From an uncultured Muribaculaceae bacterium (GTDB taxonomy: Bacteria; Bacillota_I; Bacilli_A; RF39; UBA660), in NCBI GenBank assembly GCA_964422195.1, contig CAYRAF010000001.1:946-64945 (forward strand): a stretch of DNA of 64,000 nt. The letters are read 5' to 3'. Both the position numbers and the translations under genes were made by a program. Positions 37,463-47,883 of this stretch are shown one piece after another. The notes under the pieces were generated by a model. The model did no database searches. It had not been told where the DNA came from and worked only from the letters and a program-made list of their open reading frames with translations. The number at the start of each line of letters is the position of its first letter. Position 1 is the stretch's first letter.

Positions 37463-39148
37463 TTATTCTTTATAACAACTTCCTCCAATAAATTCCCTTA
37501 AAATAGAATCTGCTGGTATTGCTTCTGATGAAATAGGTAAGAATATTTTTATTAAATTTAATAATCTTCTTGCCTCTTCATAATAAGGTGAATCTTCACT
37601 AACAGAGTATAAAAGAGGTTCTACATAAGTTCTTAATACTCCAATTTCATAAATGGAATATGTATTAAAAACAAAATTGGCATTATCTTGATATGGATAT
37701 ATATTTTCTTCTTCCCCAATACGAACCTTCTTCCATTGTTTTAATGATTCTTCTACATTGATTCCTCTAGTATAAGTATCCCTAACAATTCTCCTTAATA
37801 ATCTTGTATCAGAAGAAGAAAATCTATTATGAGAATCTAGATTGGTTTTAGTAAATGGCGCTAAGTATATTTTAAATTTTTTCTCATCAGGAATATCTTT
37901 TAATAGCACCGGATTTAAACAATGAATCCCTTCTATTACTAATACATCATCCTCTTCTAAACTCATATCTTTAATAAATTCTTTTTTAGCTTGTTTAAAG
38001 TTAAATACTGGGGCTTTTATTGTCTCTCCTTTTAATAGAGCAGATATTTGTTCATTAAATAAATCTATGTCTACAGCACCCAAAGATTCAAAATCATAGT
38101 TTCCTTCTTTGTCCTTCGGAGTATCTTTACGTTCCTTAAAATAATCATCTAAAGATAGCATTTTTGGTCTTACACCATAATTTTTTAGCAAAACACATAG
38201 TTTTCTAGTAGTTGTTGTTTTTCCAGAGGATGAAGGACCAGCTAAAAGAATTACCCTTATATTCTTTCTATTTTGACTAATATCCTTAGCTAGATGTATT
38301 AATTTGGTGTTATGAACCACCTCGTTAACCCTAATCAAATCATCTATTTCTGCACGTGTTACCACATCATTCAAATCTGCAACCCCATTTATACCTATAG
38401 TTTTTTGCCATAATCTATAATCTTCATACATATCATATATAGAACTTCTATGTCTATAATCCTTTATAGTATCGCAATATACTGTGGGATAACGCAAGAC
38501 AAAACCTTTATTATTAACGCAACTAATTTCAAAATCCGTTAATACTCCAGTATCCATAGGCATTATACAAAAGAAATAATCATAGATATTATTTAATCTA
38601 TAAAGAGTTATATATGTATTAGTATTATAATTTAACATACCTGCCTTCGGTAAATCATTAATACTCTCAAAATATTTTATAGCATCTTTTCTTAATGTAT
38701 TTACTTTTTTTATTTCTAGCTTTTCTTTTGCTAATTCTCTAATTTTAGTTTCTATCTCATCAGTAATATCCTCATTAACGTTAAAATTAGTAGATATATA
38801 CATACTTTTATCAATAGAATGTTCTACAATTATTTCTTTATCACTACCATAAAGTTCTTTAATTGCTACATTACAAGCAAATACTAAAGTATTAACATAC
38901 ATCATATTTCCATATGAAGTTGATAAATCAAAAAATTCCACAATCGCATCTTTATTCAATTGATAACTTAATTCTTTTATTACATTATCAACATAAGCTC
39001 CTAGTATAGAAAATTTAAATGATGAAGCATACCTTTTAGATAATTCTAGTAAAGTTGTTCCTTTTTTTACTTCTATTTCTTTATCCCCAATTTTTATTCT
39101 TACATCATCCATAGTATCACCTATTGTAATTATACCATAATAAGACAA
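37463..39148 (-). CDS. TGS-domain / uridine-kinase-family P-loop nucleoside kinase (about 560 aa)
   Basis: Walker A LLAGPSSSGKTTT. N-terminal ThrRS-like TGS region. Confidence 0.55.
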   Translation of the reverse strand: MSYYGIITIGDTMDDVRIKIGDKEIEVKKGTTLLELSKRYASSFKFSILGAYVDNVIKELSYQLNKDAIVEFFDLSTSYGNMMYVNTLVFACNVAIKELYGSDKEIIVEHSIDKSMYISTNFNVNEDITDEIETKIRELAKEKLEIKKVNTLRKDAIKYFESINDLPKAGMLNYNTNTYITLYRLNNIYDYFFCIMPMDTGVLTDFEISCVNNKGFVLRYPTVYCDTIKDYRHRSSIYDMYEDYRLWQKTIGINGVADLNDVVTRAEIDDLIRVNEVVHNTKLIHLAKDISQNRKNIRVILLAGPSSSGKTTTTRKLCVLLKNYGVRPKMLSLDDYFKERKDTPKDKEGNYDFESLGAVDIDLFNEQISALLKGETIKAPVFNFKQAKKEFIKDMSLEEDDVLVIEGIHCLNPVLLKDIPDEKKFKIYLAPFTKTNLDSHNRFSSSDTRLLRRIVRDTYTRGINVEESLKQWKKVRIGEEENIYPYQDNANFVFNTYSIYEIGVLRTYVEPLLYSVSEDSPYYEEARRLLNLIKIFLPISSEAIPADSILREFIGGSCYKE

Positions 39149-39208
39149 AAATACTAAGTATAAATTTAATAATATTTAACTATTATATTTATAGGAAGTG
39201 ATATTTAT

Positions 39209-39793
39209 ATGAATTTAACTCCTATCGTTATTGATAAAGAGAATAATATTGAAAGAAGTTATGATATTTTTTCAAGATTATTAAAAGATAGAATAATTAT
39301 CCTTAGTGGTGAAATAAATGATGATAGTTCTAATAGTATAGTGGCACAACTTTTATATTTAGATTCTCTAAATCATAGTGATATAAGTTTATATATTAAT
39401 TCACCTGGTGGTTCTATTACTGCAGGTATGGCTATATATGATACTATGAATTTTATTAAAAGTGATGTTTCAACTATATGTATTGGTATGGCAGCATCAA
39501 TGGGAGCTTTTTTATTATCAAGCGGAAAAAAAGGAAAAAGATATATATTACCTAATTCAGAAGTTATGATACATCAACCATTAGGTGGTGTTAAAGGTCA
39601 AGCCACTGAAATAAAAATAGCTGCTGAAAGAATATTAAATTTAAAAGAAAAAATTAACAGAATTCTTGCAAAAAACACTTCTAAGAGTATTAAAACGATT
39701 GAAAGAGATACTGAAAGAGATAATTTTTTAGATGCTACTGAAGCATTAGAATATGGTATCATTGATAAAATAATCAAAAAAAAAGATAGTTAA
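39209..39793 (+). CDS. clpP: ATP-dependent Clp protease proteolytic subunit
   Basis: Ser (GMAASMGA), His (MIHQPLGG) and Asp triad context. Confidence 0.9.
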   Translation: MNLTPIVIDKENNIERSYDIFSRLLKDRIIILSGEINDDSSNSIVAQLLYLDSLNHSDISLYINSPGGSITAGMAIYDTMNFIKSDVSTICIGMAASMGAFLLSSGKKGKRYILPNSEVMIHQPLGGVKGQATEIKIAAERILNLKEKINRILAKNTSKSIKTIERDTERDNFLDATEALEYGIIDKIIKKKDS

Positions 39794-39800
39794 CTATCTT

Positions 39801-41171
39801 TTATTTTTTTAGTATATTTACTTTTACTTTTGTTACTTTAGGCTCATAAGTTGCTCTCAAGTCACTACCAGTAACTTTAACTTCTACTTCATGTGTTCCT
39901 ACGCCTAAACCTTCTAAATCTATATACGCACTTATTGAAGACGCTTCTATATCTTTTATAACACTCTTTGTACCACTAACTACTACTGCAACTTGACTAT
40001 CTTCTTTAGAAGAAGCCTGTACTTTTAATCCATCTCCTAAATTACGAGTTTCTATATATATATCATTGAATGTTTTATCTTTATCTAAATCACCAACAAT
40101 AACATTAACTTTAGCTTTAGTAGAACTTAATGTTTTGATTCCTTTAGGTTTATCTATAGTTACATTATATTCCTTATTTACTGCAAGTCCTTTAACATCA
40201 AGTTTAACAGAAATAGATTCAACTTTTTCTAATGCTTTTTCAGAACCATAAATAACTACTGTATTAGTATCAGATCTGATGTCTTCTATACCTTTACCAA
40301 ATGCCAACGTTCCAGTAGGAACATACTTAATTGGAACACTCTTAGATGGAGATTCTATTGTTATAGTAGCATCCACTTTTTTAGGAACTATCTCTACATC
40401 AACTATTTCTCCTTTTGAATCATAAGCTACTAACGGAATATCTTCTAAAACAGTCTTTCCTGCAGTAGGTGATTTCATATTATTAACATCAATTAAAGCT
40501 TTTATACTAGCAACTTGATCTAATCTGTATTCAGCCCCTTTTACTACTACATCACTACTTGATAAATCAACATCTGTTATTTGTAGTTTTTCATTCAATT
40601 GATTTTCATGTAGTATATCATATGATAAAGACATCTTTTTAGATTGCTTTTCATAAATAACAATAGACGCAGTTGATGGATCTATTTTATAAGAAACAGA
40701 TGAAACTGCTTGTGAATATTTAAGTTTAACTGTATGACTGCCTGGTTTTAAGTCACTTAAATCAACAGATACTTCTTGAGTTGGATATTGTTTAGCAAGA
40801 TATACATCAGATTTTCTACCAATTAATGTAATATCTACTGTTTCTGGTAAACCATCTACTACATAAGCTTCTTCATTATAAATAGCAGTTACTTTTTGCC
40901 CATATAAAACTTCTGCAGAATTATCAAGTAAATTAATTGTCTCTCTATCTACCAAAAAGAACACTAATAACGCTATTGCTAAAGAGAAGATTATTAAGAA
41001 TTGTTTATTATTTAAAAGTCTATCAAACAAGCCTCTGCTTCCTTGTTTAGAATCCATATATCTAACAAACACCTTTGCTAGTGGAGTTATTATTATTTTA
41101 TCTATTACTCTATATATTGCTTTAAGGATTGCTAGGATGATTAATCCTATACCATTAATTATTTTCTTCAT
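39801..41171 (-). CDS. cdaR: YbbR-domain protein (CdaR, regulator of diadenylate cyclase)
   Basis: N-terminal TM plus repeated YbbR-like domains. Immediately downstream of cdaA, with overlap. Confidence 0.7.
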   Translation of the reverse strand: MKKIINGIGLIILAILKAIYRVIDKIIITPLAKVFVRYMDSKQGSRGLFDRLLNNKQFLIIFSLAIALLVFFLVDRETINLLDNSAEVLYGQKVTAIYNEEAYVVDGLPETVDITLIGRKSDVYLAKQYPTQEVSVDLSDLKPGSHTVKLKYSQAVSSVSYKIDPSTASIVIYEKQSKKMSLSYDILHENQLNEKLQITDVDLSSSDVVVKGAEYRLDQVASIKALIDVNNMKSPTAGKTVLEDIPLVAYDSKGEIVDVEIVPKKVDATITIESPSKSVPIKYVPTGTLAFGKGIEDIRSDTNTVVIYGSEKALEKVESISVKLDVKGLAVNKEYNVTIDKPKGIKTLSSTKAKVNVIVGDLDKDKTFNDIYIETRNLGDGLKVQASSKEDSQVAVVVSGTKSVIKDIEASSISAYIDLEGLGVGTHEVEVKVTGSDLRATYEPKVTKVKVNILKK

Positions 41172-41988
41172 ATATCTCTTCCTCTTCCATTTTGTTTGAA
41201 TATTCTGTTTCTTGACTAGGTTTTAATTCATCAATTAACATCATTCTAACTTCATCAATTGTTAAGTTATAAAATAATTCTCCTTTTAAAGCAATAGATA
41301 TTTTTCCTGTTTCTTCTGATACTACTACAATTATAGAATCAGTTTCTTCACTAAGACCAATAGCCGCTCTATGACGAGTACCAAGAGTCTTTCTTCCTTT
41401 AACATTATTACTTGTTGGGAATACTGCACTAGCACATGTAATTCTATCACCTTGAATAATTACACCACCATCATGAAGTGGATTATTAGGAAAAAAGATA
41501 GATATCAATAACTCACTAGTTAAATCTGCATATAAAGGTTTAGCTTTAGCTATATAATCGGATAAAGATATATCTCTTTCTATAACTATCAAAGCTCCTA
41601 TTTTTGCTTTTCTCATATAATCAACTGCCTGAGTCATTTCATAAACAACTTTTTCTCTCTCGTCTACAGTTAAAACTTTATGTCTACCTAGCAATTGAGA
41701 TTTACCTAATTGTTCAAGTATTCCTCTGATTTCTGGTTGGAATATAATAATTAAGGCAAGTGGTCCCCACATAATTACATACTCAAGTAATAAGCCAACT
41801 GTTGTAAGTCCAAATAAACCACTAGCAAACTTTAATACCAGTATAATTATTACACCCTTTATTAATAAACTTATTTTTACATTATTCTTAATGTTTTTGA
41901 AAATATAATATAGTAACACCCATACTATCATTATATCTGCAATTTTTTTCACAATATTTAATATATTATTTAAAGTCATTATCAACAC
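41155..41988 (-). CDS. cdaA: Diadenylate cyclase
   Basis: Three N-terminal TM helices. DAC domain with DGGVII and GTRHRAAIG. Confidence 0.85.
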   Translation of the reverse strand: MLIMTLNNILNIVKKIADIMIVWVLLYYIFKNIKNNVKISLLIKGVIIILVLKFASGLFGLTTVGLLLEYVIMWGPLALIIIFQPEIRGILEQLGKSQLLGRHKVLTVDEREKVVYEMTQAVDYMRKAKIGALIVIERDISLSDYIAKAKPLYADLTSELLISIFFPNNPLHDGGVIIQGDRITCASAVFPTSNNVKGRKTLGTRHRAAIGLSEETDSIIVVVSEETGKISIALKGELFYNLTIDEVRMMLIDELKPSQETEYSNKMEEEEIYEENN

Positions 41989-42029
41989 TCCTCTTTTTTA
42001 ATTATAACATTAAATCATTTATTTAAAAA

Positions 42030-42296
42030 CTATATTACCTCATCTTTATTATTTTTATTAGGAACATGAGTTATTATTTCCTCATTCTGTGAGTATAAAG
42101 TTTGATCACCTAATACCGTTTCTTCATCAGTTTTTCCATTATAATTTTTAGTTAATATAAAGTTATTCTCTATATTAAACTTTCTTTCAGATAAAAAGCC
42201 AATAATCCCCAATATGATAATAATAGAAATTATTGTAGTTATAACGTATACATATCCACTTAATGTTTCCGTAAAAAAAGATAACACTGCATCCAC
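42030..42296 (-). CDS. Small membrane protein (hypothetical)
   Basis: One TM helix, ORF only. Confidence 0.3.
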   Translation of the reverse strand: MDAVLSFFTETLSGYVYVITTIISIIIILGIIGFLSERKFNIENNFILTKNYNGKTDEETVLGDQTLYSQNEEIITHVPNKNNKDEVI

Positions 42297-42390
42297 GCTA
42301 ACACCCTCTATCTTTTAATATCATATCATTTTATTTAGATTTTTACAACTAGAAGAAAAAAAGTAATCAGTTTTTTTGATTACTTTACGT

Positions 42391-42627
42391 TTATACATGC
42401 TTTTCCATGTATTTTTTAGCATAACTACATATAGGTATTATTTGTTTATTATTCTCTTTTGCTATTTTAATTATTTTCTCCATGAGTTCTTGAGCTATAC
42501 CTTGTCCTCTATATTCTTGCTCTACAAATACACTTACTATCGATATATTGTCATTATCTATATATATAAGTTTTCCTATAACTTTATTATCAATTACTTT
42601 TGTTATTTCTTCTTTCAAAACAATCAC
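42391..42627 (-). CDS. Small GNAT-family acetyltransferase (78 aa)
   Basis: QEYRGQGIAQELM acetyl-CoA-binding motif. Confidence 0.5.
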   Translation of the reverse strand: MIVLKEEITKVIDNKVIGKLIYIDNDNISIVSVFVEQEYRGQGIAQELMEKIIKIAKENNKQIIPICSYAKKYMEKHV

Positions 42628-42646
42628 CTACTAAAAAAGCATATTA

Positions 42647-43702
42647 CTATGCTTTTCTTTGATATTTTAATTCTCCCATCCTAGATGTAGGTACAAATCC
42701 TGCTTCTGCAGCTACTACGTCTGGAATTCTATTAACAATAGCTGAACATGTTAACTCAACAGTGTTTGGTCTTGTAATAACTAAATTAGTATCAGGATCA
42801 CCATACACTGTCCAATCATTTCTATCACAATCTTCAGGAGCATATACTTTACCAATACACTCCGTTTCTAAAGTTATTCCTTCTTCTGTCTCTGTAGTAA
42901 CAACCGCAGACATACCAGTAGCATCTCCAGCCTTAACAGTCATACCTAATGTAGAAGATTCAATGTCTTCTGTATGAGTCATAGGAACACATTTTTGTGT
43001 TTGACTTTTTACTGTTAATCCTAATTTATCACATAACCAACCATTAACATTCCACATATATGAAGGTAAGAATTCTCCGCTATCAATTAATTTTTGCCTT
43101 TCCTCTTCACTAATTCTATCAGCAGATGCAACCTCTTTATCAAAATCTTCTAAAGTCAACCCTGCTCCATGAGCCTTAGCCAAAGCTATACCATAATCTT
43201 CTACATTATAAGAAGAACTACCCTTTATCTTAGTAATATTATGCGTAGATCCTGCAAGAGTCGTAATTAAATTACCCCAAAAAGCATCTTGGTATCCACT
43301 ACCTGTAATAGTACAATTACTTTCTTTTGCTAACTTATCAATTTCAGCAGTTAATCTTGGACTAGAATTAGATGGATAGAAAGCTTCTTCACAAGTAGTA
43401 ATTGCATTTATACCAAGTTCAGCACATAATAATAAGATATCTTTTACATCTTGCATTAAACTCATAGTAGTAACAATTACTATATCTGGTTTAACTTTCT
43501 CAAGTAATTTTCTTGTATCATCAGCACTTGTGATTTTTATTCCTTTTTCTTCTGTTTCCATAACAACAGAAATATCCTTTCCAATAACATCTGGATTAAT
43601 ATCAATAGCTCCTACTATTTCAGAACCATTTTCATAAACATATCTCATAATATATTTACTCATTTTACCGCATCCATATTGGACTACTTTAAATTTTTTC
43701 AT
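42647..43702 (-). CDS. DapB-like NAD(P)-dependent amine dehydrogenase family (2,4-diaminopentanoate-dehydrogenase-like)
   Basis: N-terminal Rossmann VQYGCGKMS. About 350 aa, architecture like Ord/DapB-N. Confidence 0.4.
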   Translation of the reverse strand: MKKFKVVQYGCGKMSKYIMRYVYENGSEIVGAIDINPDVIGKDISVVMETEEKGIKITSADDTRKLLEKVKPDIVIVTTMSLMQDVKDILLLCAELGINAITTCEEAFYPSNSSPRLTAEIDKLAKESNCTITGSGYQDAFWGNLITTLAGSTHNITKIKGSSSYNVEDYGIALAKAHGAGLTLEDFDKEVASADRISEEERQKLIDSGEFLPSYMWNVNGWLCDKLGLTVKSQTQKCVPMTHTEDIESSTLGMTVKAGDATGMSAVVTTETEEGITLETECIGKVYAPEDCDRNDWTVYGDPDTNLVITRPNTVELTCSAIVNRIPDVVAAEAGFVPTSRMGELKYQRKA

Positions 43703-43793
43703 AAATACCTCCTATTATCTAATTTTATTATAGCATTTTTCAATAATTTAAAAACAAAAAAAAGAAAAAGTTTACACTTTATAACAACTTTTT

Positions 43794-45200
43794 CTAATCT
43801 TCAAAAAAAGCTTTATATGCTTTATAAGCAGTATAAATATCAAATTTACTTGTAATTTCATATGGCGAATGCATTGATATAACTGGTACCCCACAATCAA
43901 TAACATCTACACCTTTATTGGCAAGTATATATGCAATAGTACCACCACCACCGATATCTACTTTACCAAGCTCTGACATTTGGTACTTAATACTGTTTTC
44001 TTCAAATATTTCGCGTATTTTAGCTACATATTCAGCATTTGCATCACTAGCTCCAGCTTTTCCAAAAGATCCAGTATATTTATTTATATCAATACCAAAA
44101 CCAATATATGAAGCGTTGTTTTTTTCTGATACACTTTGATAATTTGGATCAACACCACCATTAACATCTGCTGATAACATCATAGAGTTACAATAAGCTC
44201 TATTTAAAGCTCCTATATTATTATTACCTGTCTTATTTAAAAGCTCATTCATAAAATAATCAAACATTTCTGAACACATTCCAGTATTACCAACACTACC
44301 TATTTCTTCTTTATCTGTAAACATAGCTACAATTGTTCTATCATTATTCTTAGCATCCAATAATGCTCGTAATGTTGCATATGAACACGCTTTATCATCT
44401 TGACCATATGACGCTACCATACTTCTATCAAGCCCTAAAGTTCTTGCTTTAAATGCTGGTACAACCTCTAGTTCCGATGAATAGAAATCTATTTCCTTGA
44501 TATCATACTTTTCATTAAGTATTTTCAAAATATTTTTCTTAATAGCATCTTCCTTATCCTTAGTAGGAATAGAACCAACTACTAAATTTAGATTTTCTCC
44601 CTCAATAACCTCTTTTAATTTTTTCTCTTCATATTCAACAGATAAATGTGGAAGCAAATCAGTAATCGTAAATACTGGATCTTTATCATCTTCACCTATA
44701 CAAACATCAATCTTTTCTCCACTAGGTTTAACTATTACCCCATGAATAGCAAGAGGTATAGTAGTCCATTGATATTTCTTTATTCCACCATAATAATGAG
44801 TTTTAAATAATGCTAATTTTGCATCTTCATATAAAGGATTTGGTTTTAAATCCAATCTTGGAGAATCTATATGAGCTCCTATTAGATTTATTCCATTAAT
44901 AATCTCCTCTTTCCCAATAATTGCTGCATAAATACTTTTATCACGATTAATCATATATACTTTAGAACCAACTTCTAATTTTTCTAAAGTTTCTATATCA
45001 GCAAAACCGTTTTCTTCTAAAGAAGCTTTTATAAACTTAGAAGCTTCTCTTTCTGTTTTAGAATTATTTAAAAAATTAATATAATCATCAGAAAAAGCAA
45101 AAATTACATCTTTTTCTTTTTCATCTAAATCCAACCATCCACTTGTTTTTTTATTTAATAAGTCTTCCATAATATCCTCCTTATATTTATGATACCACAA
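43794..45200 (-). CDS. M18-family aminopeptidase
   Basis: About 465 aa. His/Asp/Glu metal-ligand-containing blocks typical of aminopeptidase I. Confidence 0.65.
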   Translation of the reverse strand: MWYHKYKEDIMEDLLNKKTSGWLDLDEKEKDVIFAFSDDYINFLNNSKTEREASKFIKASLEENGFADIETLEKLEVGSKVYMINRDKSIYAAIIGKEEIINGINLIGAHIDSPRLDLKPNPLYEDAKLALFKTHYYGGIKKYQWTTIPLAIHGVIVKPSGEKIDVCIGEDDKDPVFTITDLLPHLSVEYEEKKLKEVIEGENLNLVVGSIPTKDKEDAIKKNILKILNEKYDIKEIDFYSSELEVVPAFKARTLGLDRSMVASYGQDDKACSYATLRALLDAKNNDRTIVAMFTDKEEIGSVGNTGMCSEMFDYFMNELLNKTGNNNIGALNRAYCNSMMLSADVNGGVDPNYQSVSEKNNASYIGFGIDINKYTGSFGKAGASDANAEYVAKIREIFEENSIKYQMSELGKVDIGGGGTIAYILANKGVDVIDCGVPVISMHSPYEITSKFDIYTAYKAYKAFFED

Positions 45201-45251
45201 AGATATAAAAAAAATGTAATTTTTTAATACAAAAAAAATAGTTATTTTTAA

Positions 45252-47360
45252 CTATCTTTTCTTTCTAAATAATGTTTTAATTTTAGAAATATTCTTACTA
45301 ACAGAAATATCCATTATATCATTATATTTTTCTACAAACTCAGATGCTGTTTTAGGAATATACTTCATTCCACTAACTCTTAAGGTGCTTCTTAATGATA
45401 CATATCCATTTTTTAGTTTTTCTTTAATACTATCATCAAATTTTATTTGTTTTCTTCCTTTACTAGTTTGAACTTCTACTAATCTAGATAATGAAGAAGC
45501 TTTTTGGTCATAACTTTCCTTTACAGTATCATAAATCTTATCTGTAGCTTCTTCTGTTGCTTCTATATACTCCTTCTTTCTTCTAGCAGATATTCCAGTT
45601 ACAACTGCCATAGCTAATGCAGTAAGTGCTTCTGTAGGATTAACATTACCAACTTTAAATGTTAGCATGCTTTTTTCTTCATTCTTATCATCATTTATTT
45701 CTTCAACTTCTAAGTTTTTTATCTGATATTCTATTCCATCGCTACCTTTTACTTTAGAGCCATTTTTAAGTAATTTACCATCTTTATCAGTTATTTTTAT
45801 ATCAGCAGTTTGATTACTAGCAGTTTGTATTGTAATAGTATCACTATATGTGCAAACACCATCATAATCTTTAGTTGATTCTAATATAGTATTTGTTTTA
45901 TTACTAATTTTTTTATCAGCATGATCTAATAAATCATTAACACTTACCCAACCTGTTGGACCATTACCAAGATGTATCATTGGCTCTAAATCATCAATAC
46001 TACATCCTAATCTTTTGGACTCATTTTTTAAAACTTTAGATAGATTTATGCCTGTATTATATGCAACATTTTGTATTTCACCTTTATATAATACAGATAT
46101 ATATTCTACATTATAGTCACCAGGTTCTCTTATACCATCATACTTAAAAGTGCCATATTTTGCATCTCCATTATATTTGGCATCACTAGATACATAGTAA
46201 TGAACACCAGCTGGTACAGAAATATTTTCTCCCGTTTTAATATTTTTAGCAAAACTTTGCATATCAACAACTGTTTCCTTACTTTTTGATTCTTTATAAG
46301 TATTTTGTGATACTTTATATGATAATTTCTCCGTACCTTTAGCAATATGTTTTACTATTTTTTCAGAGCCAAACATAGATGCTACCATAATTGCAGCAGT
46401 AGTTAATGATAAGGTTACAGGAACAACTCTACCTCTATAGAATCTATAAAATATTTTATATTTTTCCTGTTTTTTTTCTTTTTTTATTTCTTTTTGTTCT
46501 TCTGATTTATGTTCTTCATTATCGAATGTTTTAATTAATTCATATAAATCAGTTTTTGGTTCTTCTTTAACTTGTATTTCTTCTTGTTTTTCTTCTGTAC
46601 TAGTTACTGGATCTTCATAATCATCAATAGATGTGTTAGCTTCAGTTTCTTTTTCAATTAAATCATATAAATTAACTGATTCTTTTTCTGTTGATATTTT
46701 TTCTTCTTTTGCCTTGTTTAATTCAATTATTCTTTTTTCTTTATCTTCTTGATCATATAAACTGAATAAATCAACCTTTTCATCCTCTGCAATAGCATAC
46801 TCGTTTAGTACTTCTCTTATTGAATCTCTAGTGTAATAGACTCCATTAGCTAAATCATTATTCTTCTTTCCAAGCATCAACATTCCTTTTTTTATTTCTT
46901 TTTCATCATAACCTGATTGTTTGATACTTAATTTTTTAGAGTATTTATTATCTCTCAAAATTATTGAACTATGATTTTCCTCTATTTTTTTACTAATTAT
47001 TGATACTAACTCAGCCTTTTCAATTCTGGCACCTGTATTTCTATTAATTAAACTCTCATTTTCAGCTATTGTATCAACATATTCTAAAATAAGCGGTTTT
47101 ATTTGTTCCCAAGAAATATAATTACCATTTTCTAGTTTTACATGATTTTTATTAAATCCCATCATAATATTTGAACTTCTTTTAAATTTTTTACCATCAT
47201 TAGATACTAATACTCCTCTATCCTCTCTATTAACATTTACAGGAGCATCAATTATACATAATTCACTACAGTTAAGCAAATTAATTCTCAAGTTTCTTAT
47301 TTTTGTATTTTCATCAATATTCACACTACCACCTGACTTCAGTGTTGTATTATAATACAT
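45252..47360 (-). CDS. Hypothetical 702-aa membrane protein. Acidic/K-rich repeats on the cytoplasmic side, single TM, then an extracellular domain.
   Basis: ORF plus hydrophobic segment LSLTTAAIMVASMFG. Internal repeats LYDLIEKE / LYELIKTF. Confidence 0.5.
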   Translation of the reverse strand: MYYNTTLKSGGSVNIDENTKIRNLRINLLNCSELCIIDAPVNVNREDRGVLVSNDGKKFKRSSNIMMGFNKNHVKLENGNYISWEQIKPLILEYVDTIAENESLINRNTGARIEKAELVSIISKKIEENHSSIILRDNKYSKKLSIKQSGYDEKEIKKGMLMLGKKNNDLANGVYYTRDSIREVLNEYAIAEDEKVDLFSLYDQEDKEKRIIELNKAKEEKISTEKESVNLYDLIEKETEANTSIDDYEDPVTSTEEKQEEIQVKEEPKTDLYELIKTFDNEEHKSEEQKEIKKEKKQEKYKIFYRFYRGRVVPVTLSLTTAAIMVASMFGSEKIVKHIAKGTEKLSYKVSQNTYKESKSKETVVDMQSFAKNIKTGENISVPAGVHYYVSSDAKYNGDAKYGTFKYDGIREPGDYNVEYISVLYKGEIQNVAYNTGINLSKVLKNESKRLGCSIDDLEPMIHLGNGPTGWVSVNDLLDHADKKISNKTNTILESTKDYDGVCTYSDTITIQTASNQTADIKITDKDGKLLKNGSKVKGSDGIEYQIKNLEVEEINDDKNEEKSMLTFKVGNVNPTEALTALAMAVVTGISARRKKEYIEATEEATDKIYDTVKESYDQKASSLSRLVEVQTSKGRKQIKFDDSIKEKLKNGYVSLRSTLRVSGMKYIPKTASEFVEKYNDIMDISVSKNISKIKTLFRKKR

Positions 47361-47423
47361 AATTAGCTTTTTGTACAGAAAAAAATTGATTATTTTATGA
47401 TTTTATGCTATAATTTGCTACAT

Positions 47424-47764
47424 GGGGATGTAATGGTTTCGACGGGAATATTTGAGCTTAAGTAGCAAGTCGTAAGTTATACGTTACATACAAATTTAAA
47501 ATATCTGGAAACAGAAACGAATTAGCTTTCGCCTAAGTTTAGAAAGCACTACTATACTCTGATATCTACTAAGAGATATAGTGGTTCATTTTTGTAGGTT
47601 ATACTATTTAAGTGTCTATATTAAATAGCGAACTTTTATAGACTAGCTATAATGTTACTTGTTAGTTTGTTTACGTTATAGCAAATCTTTTAAACTAACT
47701 AAGCTTGTAGAAGCTTTTGTGTTAATATTTTCGGACAGCGGTTCAATTCCGCTCATCTCCACCA
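47424..47764 (+). ncRNA. ssrA: tmRNA (SsrA)
   Basis: 5' GGGGATGTAATGGTTTCGACGGG and 3' GGACAGCGGTTCAATTCCGCTCATCTCCACCA. TGcTATAAT promoter at 47406-47414. Predicted tag frame GGA...GCC TAA (47508-47537) encodes (A)GNRNELAFA. Confidence 0.85.
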
Positions 47765-47883
47765 TTGAGATTAATATACGCACACCTTTATTAGATGTGT
47801 GTTTTTTTATATAGTTATCTAATAACTTTTATTTTATTTTATACTTAAAAAATGTATGTTATAATAAATTAGGATGTGAGAGT

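Noticed and set aside
39149-39208. CtsR operator (GGTCAAA direct repeat) upstream of clpP
   Set aside because: No GGTCAAA heptads are present in the clpP upstream region.
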